Notes under the pieces: model-generated
What the model saw: only the letters and a program-made list of their open reading frames with translations
What the model was told of the DNA's origin: nothing
Databases searched by the model: none
NCBI RefSeq assembly: GCF_018977255.1
Contig: NW_024704753.1
Coordinates: 3,286,001-3,350,000, forward strand
DNA from: Callorhinchus milii
Taxonomy: Eukaryota
Length of the DNA: 64,000 nucleotides
Direction: 5' to 3'
Translations under genes and position numbers: made by a program
Shown: positions 1-12,996 of the stretch, in pieces
Position numbering within the stretch: position 1 is the stretch's first letter
Layout of the letters: every line of letters begins with the position of its first letter

Positions 1-126
1 AGATACATTGAGCCTATCCCGACCAACCTGGATACAAGCAGGAAAAGGTGGAGGTCTCAGCATGGTTCTGAACTGCTTTGCCCTGCTTGGGAGGTATCTG
101 CAGGATCACGACACATAAAGTGGGTG

Positions 127-452
127 ATAATAATAATAATAATAATCCTTGCATTTGATATAGCGCTTTTCATGTCGGGAGGACGGCCCAAAGTGCTTCA
201 CAGAACACACTGTAAAGTGAATTGACTGTATATTTGTGGGTGAACGCGGCAGCCAATTGCACACAGCAATGTCCCACAAACAGTCGTAGATTGAAAATGA
301 CCAATTAATTATTGTTTTTGGTTTTGGAGGGATTATTATTAGGCTCTGTGTGGAGTAAGGAAACTTGCCCAAGGTTTCGCCCTCTGCCTGGAATTGAACT
401 CAGGTCTCTCGCTTGCAAAGCGAGTGCTCTAACCACTGAGCTACAGCACTCC
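127..452 (-). mobile_element. tRNA-derived SINE2, type I, full length
   Basis: Head GGAGT.CTGTAGCTCAGTGGTTAGAGCAC (A box) with a TTGCAA anticodon loop and GAGTTCAATTCC (B box); body; L2-like stem-loop tail; (TTA)n end. Near-identical to other copies in the window. Confidence 0.95.
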
Positions 453-482
453 GCACTTGACATGAAGCACCGACTTGAAGCA

Positions 483-545
483 GCAACAACCACAACAAAT
501 TACATTTGTATAGCGCCTTTCATGTCAGGAGGACGTCCCAAAAGC
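483..545 (-). mobile_element. L2-type 3' tail fragment
   Basis: (CAA)n-like run followed by tacatttgtatagcgcctttcatgtcaggaggacgtccc, as in the L2 tails at 26905 and 32742. Confidence 0.7.
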
Positions 546-950
546 AAGCTTTTCCTTTGTAATTTGCCCAGTGCTTTGGTGTTGGCTCCATCTTCACTTT
601 GGCCACATAAGGAGGAAGACTTTAGTTCAAAGAATGGAGAAGACGTTCTAGATCAGATGACCGTGCTTGCTGAACTACCTCTTCCTAAAACTGAAACTAA
701 CACTTGGAGACAGCTAGGTGTGAAGGTCGGTGAAGTGTAAGACTCCTGTGCTGGAAAGGTTACTAATGATTGCTACTCCTTCATACAGCCTCTATATTTC
801 TCCAACTAACTTGGTTTGTTTGACTCTCTCAATCTCTCTCTCGAACCATTCATTTACCCGACACGGATCTGTCCATCGCAAACTCAGTCATGATGCACGG
901 GCACATGCAATGAAACATTATCACCATCTCACAGTCCAACCTAAGGGGGC

Positions 951-1078
951 ATAATAATATTATAATAATCCTTGCATTTGATGGAGCGCCTTGTCACATT
1001 GTCGAGACATCTCAAAGCGCTTCACAGAATATGCCGTAAAGTATAGTGACTGCGTGTTTTTGTGGGCGATACATGGTT
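951..1078 (-). mobile_element. SINE 3' fragment (diverged)
   Basis: (TAA)n-tccttgcatttgat...aagcgcttcacagaa matches the family tail. Confidence 0.85.
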
Positions 1079-3829
1079 CTTTGCGGGCTGCAGAAAAAAG
1101 TCTGCTCAAAGGTGCTACGGTTTGCAAGATAAGTATTGTATAATTTGCAAAAGTAGTTTCCCGTGAAGCGGGCACTTTGCCTGGAAGCGCAGTTGATTAC
1201 TCAGACACGAGAGTGACAAGATCCCATTGGTGGATACGAATTTTAACCTCCATCCGATTAGATTAGTTCCTGATGCACAGCTCGGCTCAGGCTCGTGCAC
1301 ACGGAACATTTAGTGCAGATAGAGAAATGATTCCCCCCCCCGCCCCCCCCCCCCCCATCTCACAAGAAACATGTCCAGATGTGGGAGCGTTTAAATATCA
1401 GAGTGAAGATCAGAGATTCTCCCCATTGATTAGGAATGGAAACAAACTCCAGCAGCCCTGCGGAGAGATAGATAGGTTCACAATAGCCACTGACCGCCTC
1501 GATCACACTGTCTAATTTTGCGGTGGATTGCACCGGGGCAAGTAGCCCTGTAGCCTGATTGAGGACAGAACTTGTCCAGGAAAGGAAATGAGTAGAATTA
1601 AAGGAGCTTTGGGTCAACAGAACATGTTGAGGTGAGGAGGACGTTGGTGGGAATACCGTAATGTCAAGCAAAAACAAAAAACACGCACGAAAGAGGTAAT
1701 GGAAAGGTAGGGATTGAAGAGAGCAATCGAAAGCTCCTGCGATCTGGAGGATTCAGAAATCCGTTGCTATGACAAGCGGCGTAAACTGACAAACCACAGT
1801 GGACGGTAAAGAAAACAAGCCGGAGAGTAAGTAATTGTGAACGCTGCCGAGTGCAAATTAATCTGGAGCCTCAGTCAAATTTATCAGGAAATAACAGCAT
1901 TGCTGGTGAAAGCGTTCTTTCAACGGCATTCTTGTTACAGAATAAATTAATATCTGAAGCTGCTGAATCCACCATATGTTATGAAATACATGATATATCA
2001 TGCTGGTCCCTTGTATCGCTTCCGTCTTTGGGACTTGTGAATCACTCATGCTTAAAGCTAAAAGGGGATAATGAAAAGAGGATGGATTCGGGCTGCAAGT
2101 GTAATTATAAATAAGTAAACCCATAAATAAATTACTTTTTTTAAAAATATCAAAAATTGATAAGGTACTGCGACTGATAAGAGAACTGCGCTGTATAAAT
2201 CATTAAGTGAATTAATGAATACATTCCTATTTTATCAACAAATATTTCAATTGCTTAAGTACATTTACATATTGTTTATTATGCTATGTTTATCATTAAG
2301 CCCCTCTGGTTTAACGACTTGTTCTCACCGTAATAAACTATCTTGGAGGGTGAAAAGATTTGCTCTTAACAGCGGGACGGTTGGTTTGACCTGATCAGTG
2401 AGTGATCATTCCCATTATTGATTTAGCGCTCTCGTTCTGCACTGCGGATTTATTACCTTTACAGCAACAACAACTGCACTTATATTCCGTGAAGCGCTTT
2501 GAGAGTGCGCAGTGAGGAAACTGCTGGAGTTGAACCAGCTGAAAATGCACAGCGTGTCGTTGAGAGCACTGTCTGGCAAGTCCACCACCATTTGTCCAGC
2601 AAGGACCACCTTACCCATTGAACTTTGGCCCCACACGCCACCAGTTGAGCACTTTAGTTAACACCCCTCGCTGTTGGATGATTTTCCCAGCTGTCTCTGT
2701 GAAGCATTTCGGCACAATGCAGAAGGCACTATTTAAATCCAAGTTGTTTAAGCTTTCAGCAATCTCTGTTTGTCACGCACCTTGCTGGAGTAGAAGTGTC
2801 TGCCACTTGTTCAGATTGAAGCTTAAAAGCAGCATTTAAAGGAACAAAAGAACGTCAGCAGAGGGGTCTTTTTGGAGTTGTGTTTATTGGATTTCTAACA
2901 GCCTGCATGTGCATTTGTGAGCAATTCTTGTTCCATTTGATCATATTCCATCAGACATTTCATCTTCCCTGGCTGTGATTACCTTGTTGGATATGCAAAT
3001 TAAATCCATCCTTTCAAATGACCAGATTTTCACAAAGCCATTGGCAGGTTAAGTTGTTGCGTGGTACAATAAGTAACCCGTGTGGCTTTTTTGCTGTCGG
3101 GATAATGGAGCACAACAAATTAGCTGAACTCCTTGGGGAAGCAGCTGATCATTTAGGCACAAACAATGAGGCAGCTCTAGGCTGACTACAGCTGCTCACA
3201 GGTAGAGGAGAAGCCACTCGATAGACTGCTGTGTGTGTGTGTGTGTGCGTGTGAGAGAGGGAGAAGTACAGTAATGCAAAGTTTGCCAATGTGCCGTCCA
3301 TTGCTGTTGCTTGTTCAGCTAGGACAACCCTACCTGTTAGGACTTTGGCTTGCGGGATTAACAGGAGCTGTTTGGGAATGATTCCCTGCCTCCCAGTGAC
3401 TGTCTGCCCTTCCAAGTCCTGCCGATGAGCCAGGCTGCACTATGTTGTCATCAGCAGTGCTCTGGAATACTGCGGGGCCACCTGGCTCAGGAAACAGACT
3501 ACTCGATTTTGATCTTCCGTTGCCAAGCATGTCACCTTGGAGCCAGTGCAGCTCCAAGGAGACATCTGCTTACTCATGGGTCTGAGCCCTCACTGGGTGG
3601 ACGATAGGTACCAGGAACTCCCTGAGAGCTTCCCGGTGCAGAACATACTGTCCATTCCAGTGCAAAACAGCAATAAATTCCGCCAGCAAAGCACAGGGTC
3701 AATGCACCTTTACAATGAATTCTGTGCAGCGCTTTGACATGTCTTTCCAAAGTGCAAGGGGGTGGATATCAAATGCAAGGATTATTATTATCATCTGCCT
3801 GTTCAGGGGGTTATTAATGATCGCACTGC

Positions 3830-4068
3830 ACAACTAGAAAAGAGAAGAGTTTCTCCTGGGGTCCGAGCCAAAAATACCCCACCGATAAAATCAATCATTC
3901 ACTTCATGGCTGTTTCCGAGAACATGGTTGTGTGCAAATTGGCTGCTGCATTTGACTATAAAATATGGAGTCACTCCAAATTACAGTATATACTGTGATG
4001 CGCTTTGAGATGTCCTCCTGATGTGAAAGACCTTATATCAAATGCAAGGACTATTGTTATTATTATCA
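3830..4068 (+). mobile_element. Old Deu-domain SINE fragment
   Basis: gaagagtttctcctggggtcc...gtgtgcaaattggctgc...gcgctttgagatgtcc...aatgcaagga. Confidence 0.7.
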
Positions 4069-4811
4069 TCAAAAATGGCAGTCTCAATTCTTTCTTACAC
4101 TCAACGCTTCCTGCCGTTAATTCAGCTCTGTCTAGCCTACATTGTACAGCGTTCCTTACTATCATTTTTATCTAGTGAGCGTTAATATTTGGTGGAATTT
4201 TGACAATGTCATAACATCCCTGGTACTCTGGGACCTGCTGTGTGCAAATTGGCTGGTGTGTCTGCGTACCATTAAACACATGCTGGGCTTGACAGCAATT
4301 ACCTGCAAAGCGCTTTGAGATTGTTTGACAGTCCCATCCACAGCCACTGAAGTGAGTGACCGATTTATCTGGGAGGACTGTTAGTCGGGACACCAGGAAA
4401 GGGGGATTAACATAGCAGCCAGCAGATTTAGCTATTTATAAACTGTTCCCTTCTGTTTCTTGGTAAGCGGCAGATTGAGCTGAGTTGACCTTTTATTTAC
4501 CTGTGTGTGAAAAAAAAAGCAGCAGATTATCTTGGAACTACTGCACCCAGTTGTTTTTTTTCTCTCTCTCTCTCTCTCTTTCTCTCCTCTTTGTTCTCAG
4601 CCACTTCCCCAAAGACCTGAGTTAATAAGTTGTGTTTCCATTGCCCCCATCAGCAGGGTGACACATGTGGTCTGAGTGACTTGGTTAGAAAGAAACTAAC
4701 AACTTTCCAATTGCTCTCGCGTACCGCCTGGGTCCCCTGTTTCTGCCTCTCAGCTCTCTCTCTCTCTCTCTCTGTTGGTGATCAACCATGTTCCTGTCCC
4801 TGAAGGCAACA

Positions 4812-5042
4812 TGCTGCAGATGCTGGAAATCTGAAATAAAAACACAAGTGGCTGGGAACACGCAGCAGGTCCGGCAGCATCTGTGGAGAGAGGAAGATGA
4901 GTTAACTTTTCAGGGCGGTTAATTTGGTTTAATTTGATGGGTCTGACGAAAGGTCGTCGACCTGAAACGTGAACTCCCTTTCCTCTCTCTCCATAGATTT
5001 TGCCTGACCTGCTACGTGTTTCCAGCGACTTCTGTTTCTATT
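4812..5042. mobile_element. Inverted pair of Penelope-like terminal fragments with a hammerhead-like core at 4943-4977
   Basis: 4835-4914 is the imperfect reverse complement of 4961-5042. The core CTGACGA-a-AGGTC-gtc-GACCT-GAAA-CGT lies at the start of the + arm. Confidence 0.7.
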
Positions 5043-5859
5043 ACGTTCCTATCCGTGACTGACACTTTGCTGAACAATAGGAATGGCCGTTTGCTACTGA
5101 ATTTGGTGTAACCTTTGTGAGGTGTGGCATTGAGATCCTCTGCGTTTTAAAACCTACTGAACTTCCCCCAAAACAGCCAGTCTAAGCCCTGCTCTCAAGA
5201 CGATCAGCCAAATCGGGAACCTGCCCTGCGCTGGGAGTCTGCTTCATATGACGAGTTCTCGGATCGCACCGTTAATTTTGTGTGCTTTCTGGTTTTCCAA
5301 ATCAAGATCCATTACGCGTACCCTCAACCCCGTAAAAGTGAAGCGAAATTTGCAAGCGAGACCCACGTGGAGGTGACTGTAATCACGGTGGGTCCAGCCA
5401 TCCGTGGCGTATAAGAAAAGCCAGCGTCGGGCAGCTTAATGCGTATTAATCTGCAAAATCAAAAAAAACGTGCAGTCAGCAAGAAAGGAGCTCAAAAGCA
5501 TAAGCTGCTACTGAGGAGTTTATGCTTTGGTCTGGTATTACAGAGCCTTTCCTGCAACAACGGATAACCCTGCTTATTGGGTGGCTGTTTTCAGCTGGGG
5601 CGTGTAGGACACACAGACTGAGGCTGGTTAAACACCGGCAGTTTCGTGTTTTAGAAACAGAGCCCACAACGCAGAGAAATTGCATCCCTTTGTATTGAGA
5701 AGCCTTTACCACCCCCCCCCTCCTATCCACACCCCCAAAGTGACCTACTGATGTACTGACGACCTGTCTATAGCGGGGGATTTTGACCGTCAGCGCGCCC
5801 AAAAATCACAGTCTGAAGGTTATTTCATTCCGTTCTCCTGTCAAGGTTCTCTCTTTGAT

Positions 5860-5968
5860 CATAGAAACAGAAGCCGCTGGGAACACGCAGCAGGTCAGGC
5901 AGCATCTGTAGAGAGAGAGGAAAGTGAGTTAAAGTTTCAGGGCGCTGAACCTTGCGTCAGAACTCTCT
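5860..5968 (-). mobile_element. Penelope-like terminal fragment (second copy)
   Basis: Same family as 4812-5042. The minus strand reads gagttCTGACGc...cctGAAActttaactc (degenerate core). Confidence 0.7.
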
Positions 5969-6834
5969 TTGGACCGTTCTCCGTTCAAGCCAAAGTCCAA
6001 TCGTGATGACCAACCCAAATACTGGGCGTTCAGAGAACGATTGAATCAATTCACTTGGGATACAGCGCTTCTGACTAGCGCATTCGCTGCTCACTCTACG
6101 ATGGGTGTTCAGTTTAATAAAAGAAGATAAAGGAACGAAAGTAAACTGGTGCTCTGGCCTCTGATTGCCGCCTGTGTGTGTCTGTTTCTGTGCATGTGGG
6201 ATTATCTGTGTGGGTTCATCTGTGTGTTTCTATTTCTGCATCTGTTTATGTGTGTATACACCTGAGTGTGTTCTGTGTAGGTTTATGTCTGTCCATCTGA
6301 CTTATTGCAGGTCACAGTTGAATGGAAGCATTTATTCAGTGTGGAGTGGTTTCTTGAAGAATGTCTTTATTACTTGTGCGTGGTGTACGGGGTGGAGAGT
6401 ACACAATTTACCCGCATGCTTTATAAATTATGTGTTAAATATAAACATATTAAGATATATAATTACTGTGTTCCTATATAATGCTGCTATCTTACAGACA
6501 TCACAGTCTGTTTCCAACCCACCTGGGGGGGAGGGAAGGTGGGGTTAATTCCCTGAAAGCTCCAAATGCTCGTTCTGCTCCTGCCACGTCAATGCTCTCA
6601 TCACTTCTGCACTGGGAATTTAAGGAAAACCGGTAATAAATTGTGAAGCAGCCCTATTTGTAACACTTTGACACGGTAGTTTACAGTTTTAAGGGGAAAA
6701 AAATGCGATACGCGATGCAATCATGTACAGATTGCGGTTTCGTAGCCAACTTTCTGTGCCCTCTTTGTCGCTTTAGGTGGCAGCTCAAAGTGTTCCCATC
6801 TTTGCATGATCCGCTCCCCCACTCTGCGTGTCAG

Positions 6835-6935
6835 GTGGGCTCAGTTGGTAACCATCTCTCGTCTTCGGAGTAGATGTTTGTCGGTTTAAGCACCGCGTCA
6901 GGTCTTAAGCTTGTTGTCCAGGCTGACTCCCCAGC
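6835..6935 (+). mobile_element. Head of an old Deu/SacSINE1-like SINE
   Basis: gtgggctcagttggtaaccatctctcgtcttcggagt...caggctgactcccc. Similar heads occur at about 10065, 25320 and 59745. Confidence 0.55.
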
Positions 6936-6954
6936 TCTGAATGGTCCTCCAGAG

Positions 6955-7180
6955 ATAATAATAATAATAATAATAATAATCCTTGCATTTGATACAGCGC
7001 CTTATCACGTCTTCGAGACGTCTCAAATCGCTTCACAGAATATAATGAAAAGTGGATTGACTGTATATTTTGTGGGCGAAACGCGGCAGCCAACTGCGCA
7101 CAGCAGCGTCCCCACAAACAGCCGCGGATTGAGTGACCAAATTATTACTATTGTTATTTTTGAAGGGATTGTTATATTAT
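6955..7180 (-). mobile_element. SINE 3' half
   Basis: Long (TAA)n, tail and gctgtgcgca..tggctgccgcgttt body. Confidence 0.9.
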
Positions 7181-7309
7181 TATTAAGCGTGGGGGAAGAG
7201 GGGAAGGAGGGAAGGGGCAAATCGAAACACTCGCTTAGGGCGTTGGATTCTGGTAAAAGCAAGTTTGCAGACCACATCGAACCATGACTGAGTTACATGT
7301 CTCTTAGTC

Positions 7310-7535
7310 GAGGGTTAAAAATCCCACGACATCTTTCACAAAGAGAAGGCACTCTCTGCCGAACGATTTCCCACTGCCCTGGCCAAAAATCCTGCCAATA
7401 AATTGGACATTTATTTCATGGCTGCGTGCGGGGCCTTGCTGTGTGCAAATTGAGTCTATGAATACCTCACTATTTTTTCACAGCAATTATCTGTGAAATG
7501 CCTTGATATATGGGTGCTGTATGAAATGCAACTAT
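7310..7535 (+). mobile_element. Old Deu-domain SINE fragment
   Basis: ttaaaaatcccacgaca...ccctggcca...ttgctgtgtgcaaatt...ctgtgaaatgcc. Confidence 0.55.
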
Positions 7536-8804
7536 TCTGTTCTAATCCTCAAGAACTGGATGATAGCCACTTTAACATCCCTCAAAAGACTGGATTTGAA
7601 GAACCGTGTATTTAAACTACAAAAAAAAAGCAGGCACTACATCAGAAAATAATTACCTGTGAATCTCTTTTAGACGTTTCAGTGTGACGAGGGGCTGTGT
7701 AAATGCAAGCACTCTCTTCCTTCCAATCTGCCTGGACTGAATCGAGAGTAGAGAGACTTGCAGCATAAACCGAACATAGCGTCTCAAAGCGCTTCACAGA
7801 ACATATTGTAAAGTGGATTGACTGTGTATTTTGTGGGTGAAACGTGTCAACCAATTGCGCAAGTCCTCAAAATCTCCTTCTCGTAACCCCTACTTCCCCC
7901 CCTGAAAAGGAAATGTATATGGAAAAAAACATGAGGCATTACTACTTTGTTTGGTACATCTTTCACACACAGAGAGAGAGAGAGCATTAAATTGAAGGCA
8001 TTTACACGCTCGTGTTCGGACTCCCTCTCTAACCCTCCTCTCCCCCACTTTGCTCTGCCAACTCTGGCCTCCTTCGTGTTGTCCCATCCCACCACCAGAG
8101 AGAGGGCGCGGGGGTGAGCTTTTGGCCTCTTTGCCCCTCCACACTCTCTGGAACTCGTTTATCCGAAATCCCTCTCAGCTTTCAAACCACATTCAAAGAC
8201 CTCCGTCTGTTCAATTGGGCCATCGGTCTCCTCTTCTTCCTATCCTCCCACTCCTTCCCCAAATTGGTTTGAGACGTTCCTCTGGGGTGGAAGTGCAAAT
8301 GGTTTTCCTGAGTTGGACACCGATTAGCTTCCATGCCTCAGTTCGTCCAACTTGATGCAACACATTTAGCAAGACCGTGCTATACACGTTAACATGAAAT
8401 AATTGTTTGGGGTTGTGGTGGGAGGAAGGGAGGTGAATGGAGGGGGAGCAGGGGTCAATGGAGTTGTGGAGATTGTTACGCGATCCTTGGATATATTGGG
8501 TGTTTCTTTTTTTTTCGCAAGTTCCAGTTCTCTCCATTTTGTGGGGTGGAGGTCTGTTTGCGAGAGCCATCCATACAATTAAGCTGCATTTCCAGAAAAT
8601 GACCACACGCTTAGGACGTGCGTATTTCTGGAGAAAGAAAGTTGCATCCTGACCTCTTGTTAATATATATATGTGTATATATTTATATTAAAAAAATTAC
8701 AGCCGCCGTGATTGGAAAATGAATGCATCAATAATCATAAAAGCGTCTGCTTTGCGCTGACAACGTTTCCGCTGCAGTTCAGGTCCAAGGCTGGTTCCAG
8801 CTTC

Positions 8805-8941
8805 TGCGGCTGCGTACGTTGTTTCTGCCGTTTCGCCCACAAAATATACCGTCAACTCGCTTTACAGCATATCCTGCGAAGCGCTTTGAGACGTCTCAAC
8901 GACGTGATGAGGCGCTGTATCAAATGCAAGGATTATTATTG
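8805..8941 (+). mobile_element. SINE 3' fragment
   Basis: ctgccgtttcgcccacaaaatatac...gcgctttgagacgtctc...caaggattattatt. Confidence 0.85.
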
Positions 8942-9167
8942 TCGGTGCCTGTCTTGCCACTCTTGCTCGGCTGTTTACACTGATCATTCCATTCCCAAGC
9001 AAACACTCTCGTGCACTCTCGCCCCCTTATGTGCTTCTGGGGAGCACCGTATACCTCATTCGTTTGCCACCCTTCATTCGTTCCACCGTGGCAGTAAAAA
9101 TGGTGACAAAAGCGCCATTTGTTCATTGTTTGGCATTCACGTGGTGCCCAGAAGTGGCAGCTTTTTA

Positions 9168-9310
9168 TAATTGCATTTGATATAGCGCCTCATCACATCT
9201 TCGAGACGTCTCAAAGCGCTTTGCGGAATATACTGTAAAGTGAATTGACTGTACATTTTGCGGGCGAAACGCGGCGGTCAGTTGCGCACAGCGGTGTCCA
9301 GCGCAAACAG
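9168..9310 (-). mobile_element. SINE 3' fragment (inverted relative to the 8805 copy)
   Basis: tgcatttgatatagcgcc...gacgtctcaaagcgct...gggcgaaacgcggc. Confidence 0.85.
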
Positions 9311-9361
9311 TTAAACGTTCCCCGGACAAATGGAGCTGCGCTAAACTGAACTGTACTGGGT

Positions 9362-9650
9362 CAAGAAAGACAGAGAGAACGAAAGAAAAAGAGAGAGAGA
9401 ATGGAATAGAGAGAGAGGGGGGAATGTGTGTGAGAGAGTGAAGGAGACAGAGAAAAAAGGGAGAAAAAGAGAGAGGGAGGAATACGAGAGAGAGAGAGAG
9501 AGAGAGAGGGAGGAATATGTGTGTGTGAGAGAGTGAGGGAATGTGAGAGAGAGAGAATGGGGAACGACAGATAGAGGGAACGAGAGAGGGAATGAGTGAG
9601 AGAGAAGGGGGGCATGAGACAGAATAAAAGAGAGAGAGAGAGCAAGAGAA
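9362..9650. repeat. Degenerate (GA)n-rich microsatellite
   Basis: About 290 nt of GA/GAG repeats with GT interruptions. Confidence 0.9.
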
Positions 9651-10162
9651 TCTGCATTAGATAGTGCCATGTCATGCTGCAACATCTCGAAACATTTCAC
9701 AAGTAATTGCTGTCAGGTGTAATGATTTTTTTCCCGAGAAGTAAACATGGGCTGCAATTTGCGAGTCCCAGCCAATTGCCATCAGGGGACTGAGGAATTA
9801 ATGTGGGGGACGAGGAGAAGAGCTGTTGTGACAACCAGCGTCACTGCTGTGAAAGACGAGGCAGGAGTTGGGAACTCGGAAAGAAAAGTGGAACATGAAC
9901 AAAAGAAAAAAGGGAAGAAATAGGCATGTCAAAACAGCAGCAGCCACGGGATAGGATGACTGAAATAGCACGGGCAGAGGAAGAGCCATTGAGTTCACTC
10001 CCTCGGTTCCTTTGAGCTCAAGACCGGTTTACCTTTTTGCATTTGAGGCACTTTCAGACCGGCGCGGTGGGTAGCAGGCTCGCTCGCTCCTGAGTCGGAA
10101 GGTTTGCGGTTCAAGCCCCCAAAACCCGGGAGCAAGCGCTGTTATTGTTCAGAATTGGATAT

Positions 10163-10350
10163 TAATAATAATAATCATATGTGCATTTGATACAGCGCCT
10201 CATCACGTCTTCGAGACGTCCCAAAGCGCTTCTCAGAACATACCGTGAAGCGAACTGGCTGCATATTTTGTGGGCGAAACACGGCAGCCAATTGCGCGCA
10301 GCAGCGTCCCACAGACAGTCGTGGTTTGAAGTGACCAAATTATTACTGTT
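10163..10350 (-). mobile_element. SINE 3' half
   Basis: Family tail and body. Confidence 0.85.
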
Positions 10351-12171
10351 ATTAAATAATCATAACAGTAAAAATAATCCTTGAGTTTGATACGGTAACG
10401 TCAAGAACATCTCAAAAGCCATGCACAGACTGGCTTTCCGTGAACTGTGGTGACTGTCGTCGGCAAAAACTTAGCAGACAATTTTGTGCACAGCAGGACG
10501 CTCAAACAATTGAAGTGAACAGTGGGTTGACTGACACAATTTGTCATTGTAATTGGAAGATTGTTGGCCAGGACACAGGGAGAAACTCTCTTTTCGAATA
10601 ATGCCAACAATAACTTGCATTTATATAGCGCCCTTCACACCGGTTGGCGTCTCGGAGCGCTTAAATGTCCACGGGACGCTACGGGTAACTATGTACACAG
10701 ATGTCTCCAGGGGAGTGGGGAATTTTCTGTCGCTCGGAGACTCTGACTGAGGAAGTGAAGGATTGTAACTGTGGCTCGTGGCCAGGATTGAGGATTTTTG
10801 GATTATTCATACACACCCCTAATCATCATTGCCTCTTATCGCTGGTCACATGCAGTATGTTGCAGTGATGTGGAAACTGGAAGCCTGTCATTTTCACTCA
10901 GCCTCCTATCCAGGCAGTTAAGCTCATGGCAGTGGTGTAGGAGGTAAGAAAGAGAAAGAAATTACAGTGGCGGTTGATAATTACATTCTATATGTTAAGA
11001 AGCGCAGGGACAATAAAGGAGACGGGGAATATAGGAGCGGGTTATTGGCAAAATAAATTGCTGAGATCTTTTTAATAGGGCGTATTGACACGCAAAGCCA
11101 CAAGGTGAGCTTCGTAAGACACGACAGGTTTTTGTTGAAAAGCAAAACAAATCGCCGTATTAATGATTTGTAGTTGGCCTGCAAATGTCTTAATAATAAC
11201 TGCGGTCTGCCAGCGAATTGTGCTGTTTCGAGGGCTGTCTTTGCAAGTTGCTCTTTTCTTTTTGGGGTTGGGTGGGGTGGGGAATTGGAAAGGGTCAGGC
11301 GGGGGAATGTTCTTGGGAACCTTCAGACATTCTGTGCAGGCACAAGGGCGCAATCGAAGCAGTCGTGGTTCTCAGCAGAAGGGGAAATGGCCTGTTTCGA
11401 CTGTGGACGCTCCCTGAACCAGAGCAGTATTTTGCATTTTACTGATCATTCTGCAGACAGCGGAGGAGTTTGTCCCACTCAGGATCACCTCCGCTATGTC
11501 AGGTGGCATTCACTCTCTGCTTCAGTAATAATAATGCTCCTTTGCGTTCGGTACTGCGCCTTTCACATCAGGTGGGCATCTCGAACTGCTTCACAGGACG
11601 TGCAGTAAAGTTCAGTGAACTGTGTGTTTTTCGTGGGTGACTGGGGGCAGCTAATTCTCTCGTAGCAATCTTCCCCCTCCCTCAACCCCCCTCCAGAACG
11701 ATTTCATTTGGGGGCTTGCTGGCCCAAATCTGCGGCTTCTTTCTTTTTACGCATTAAACCTGCTCAATTTTAAATTCCACACCATTTAGCCGTTATAATT
11801 GGAGAGTTAAAGTTCCTATTCCTTGCCCTAATTTGAGTCACCAAATCCCGCCATTGTCTGAACGGACTCTTTGCAGTTTAATGACTCTAATCAGATCAAC
11901 CAGTAAAGCTCATTATTGGCTCTGGTTGTTAATGTATGAGAGAGTCGGGGTATTACAGTCTTGGAGATTAATTTTATTATCGGTTTGGCACCACGTTTGG
12001 GACAGAAGTTGAGTTTCTTCATCCCAGCACAAAAAAAACCTCAGATCCGTTCAATAATCCTTACATTTCATACCGCGCCTTTCACGTCGGGAACACGTCT
12101 CAAAGTGCTTCACAGGATATACTATAAAGCGGAGTGACTGTGAGTTTTGTGGGCAAACAGGGCAGCCAATT

Positions 12172-12265
12172 TCATCGAATCATAGAATTATACAGCACAG
12201 AAGGAGGCCATTCGGCCCATCGTGTCTATGCAGGCTCTTTGGCAAGAGCTACCCAGATCAATCCA
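12172..12265 (-). mobile_element. CR1-type LINE 3' UTR tail
   Basis: catagaattatacagcacagaaggaggccattcggcccatc, the same tail as on the ORF-bearing CR1 copy at 30294. Confidence 0.8.
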
Positions 12266-12597
12266 AGTAAATCTCAGTTGAAGGGTCAGCCCCATTTAAG
12301 ATGGACGTTGGCTTGACTGACAGGCCCATCGCCCATCGAATAGTGAGGATGGCTTGACGAGCAGCCCGCCGGACTGGAAGTGGGTGGGCGCTGCTGACAA
12401 GTTGGGAGAGGGGCAAGAAAGAGGGGGTGCCGTAGGTTGGGGCTGCTTGGAGAACTGTATGTGGTCCTCCTCAGAGCTGTGGTCTTTCCCCTCCCAGCTC
12501 CCCTTAAAGAAGTGAGGTGTAGACAGATTGGATGGGGTGAGGGAGAAAGCTGAGACCCTGATAGCACTAGCCACCCACCACTAATATTAATAATTAT

Positions 12598-12926
12598 GTG
12601 GAGCCCTATAGCTCAGTGGTTAGAGCACTCGCTTTGCAAGTGAGAGACCTGAGTTCAATTCCAGGCAGAGGGCGAAACCTTGGGCAAGTTTCCTTACTCC
12701 ACACAGAGCCTAATAATAATCCCTCCAAAAAAAAACAATAATAAATTGGTTATTTTCAATCCACGACTGTTTGTGGGGACGCTGCTGTGCGTAATTGGCT
12801 GCCGCGTTCACCAACAAATATACAGTCAATTCACTTTACAGTCTATTCTGTGAAGCGCTTTGGGACGTCTAGAAGACGTGAAAAGCGCTATATCAAATGC
12901 AAGGATTATTACTCTTATTATTATTA
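12598..12926 (+). mobile_element. tRNA-derived SINE2, type I, full length
   Basis: Head, body and (TTA)n tail all present. Confidence 0.95.
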
Positions 12927-12996
12927 TAATCCTTGTATTTGATATAGCACCTTATCACATCTTCAAGACGTGCTCTAACCACTGAGCTACAGGACT
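12926..12996 (-). mobile_element. Internally deleted SINE (head fused directly to tail)
   Basis: The tail piece 12926-12970 joins the head piece tgctctaaccactgagctacaggac at 12971-12995. Confidence 0.8.
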
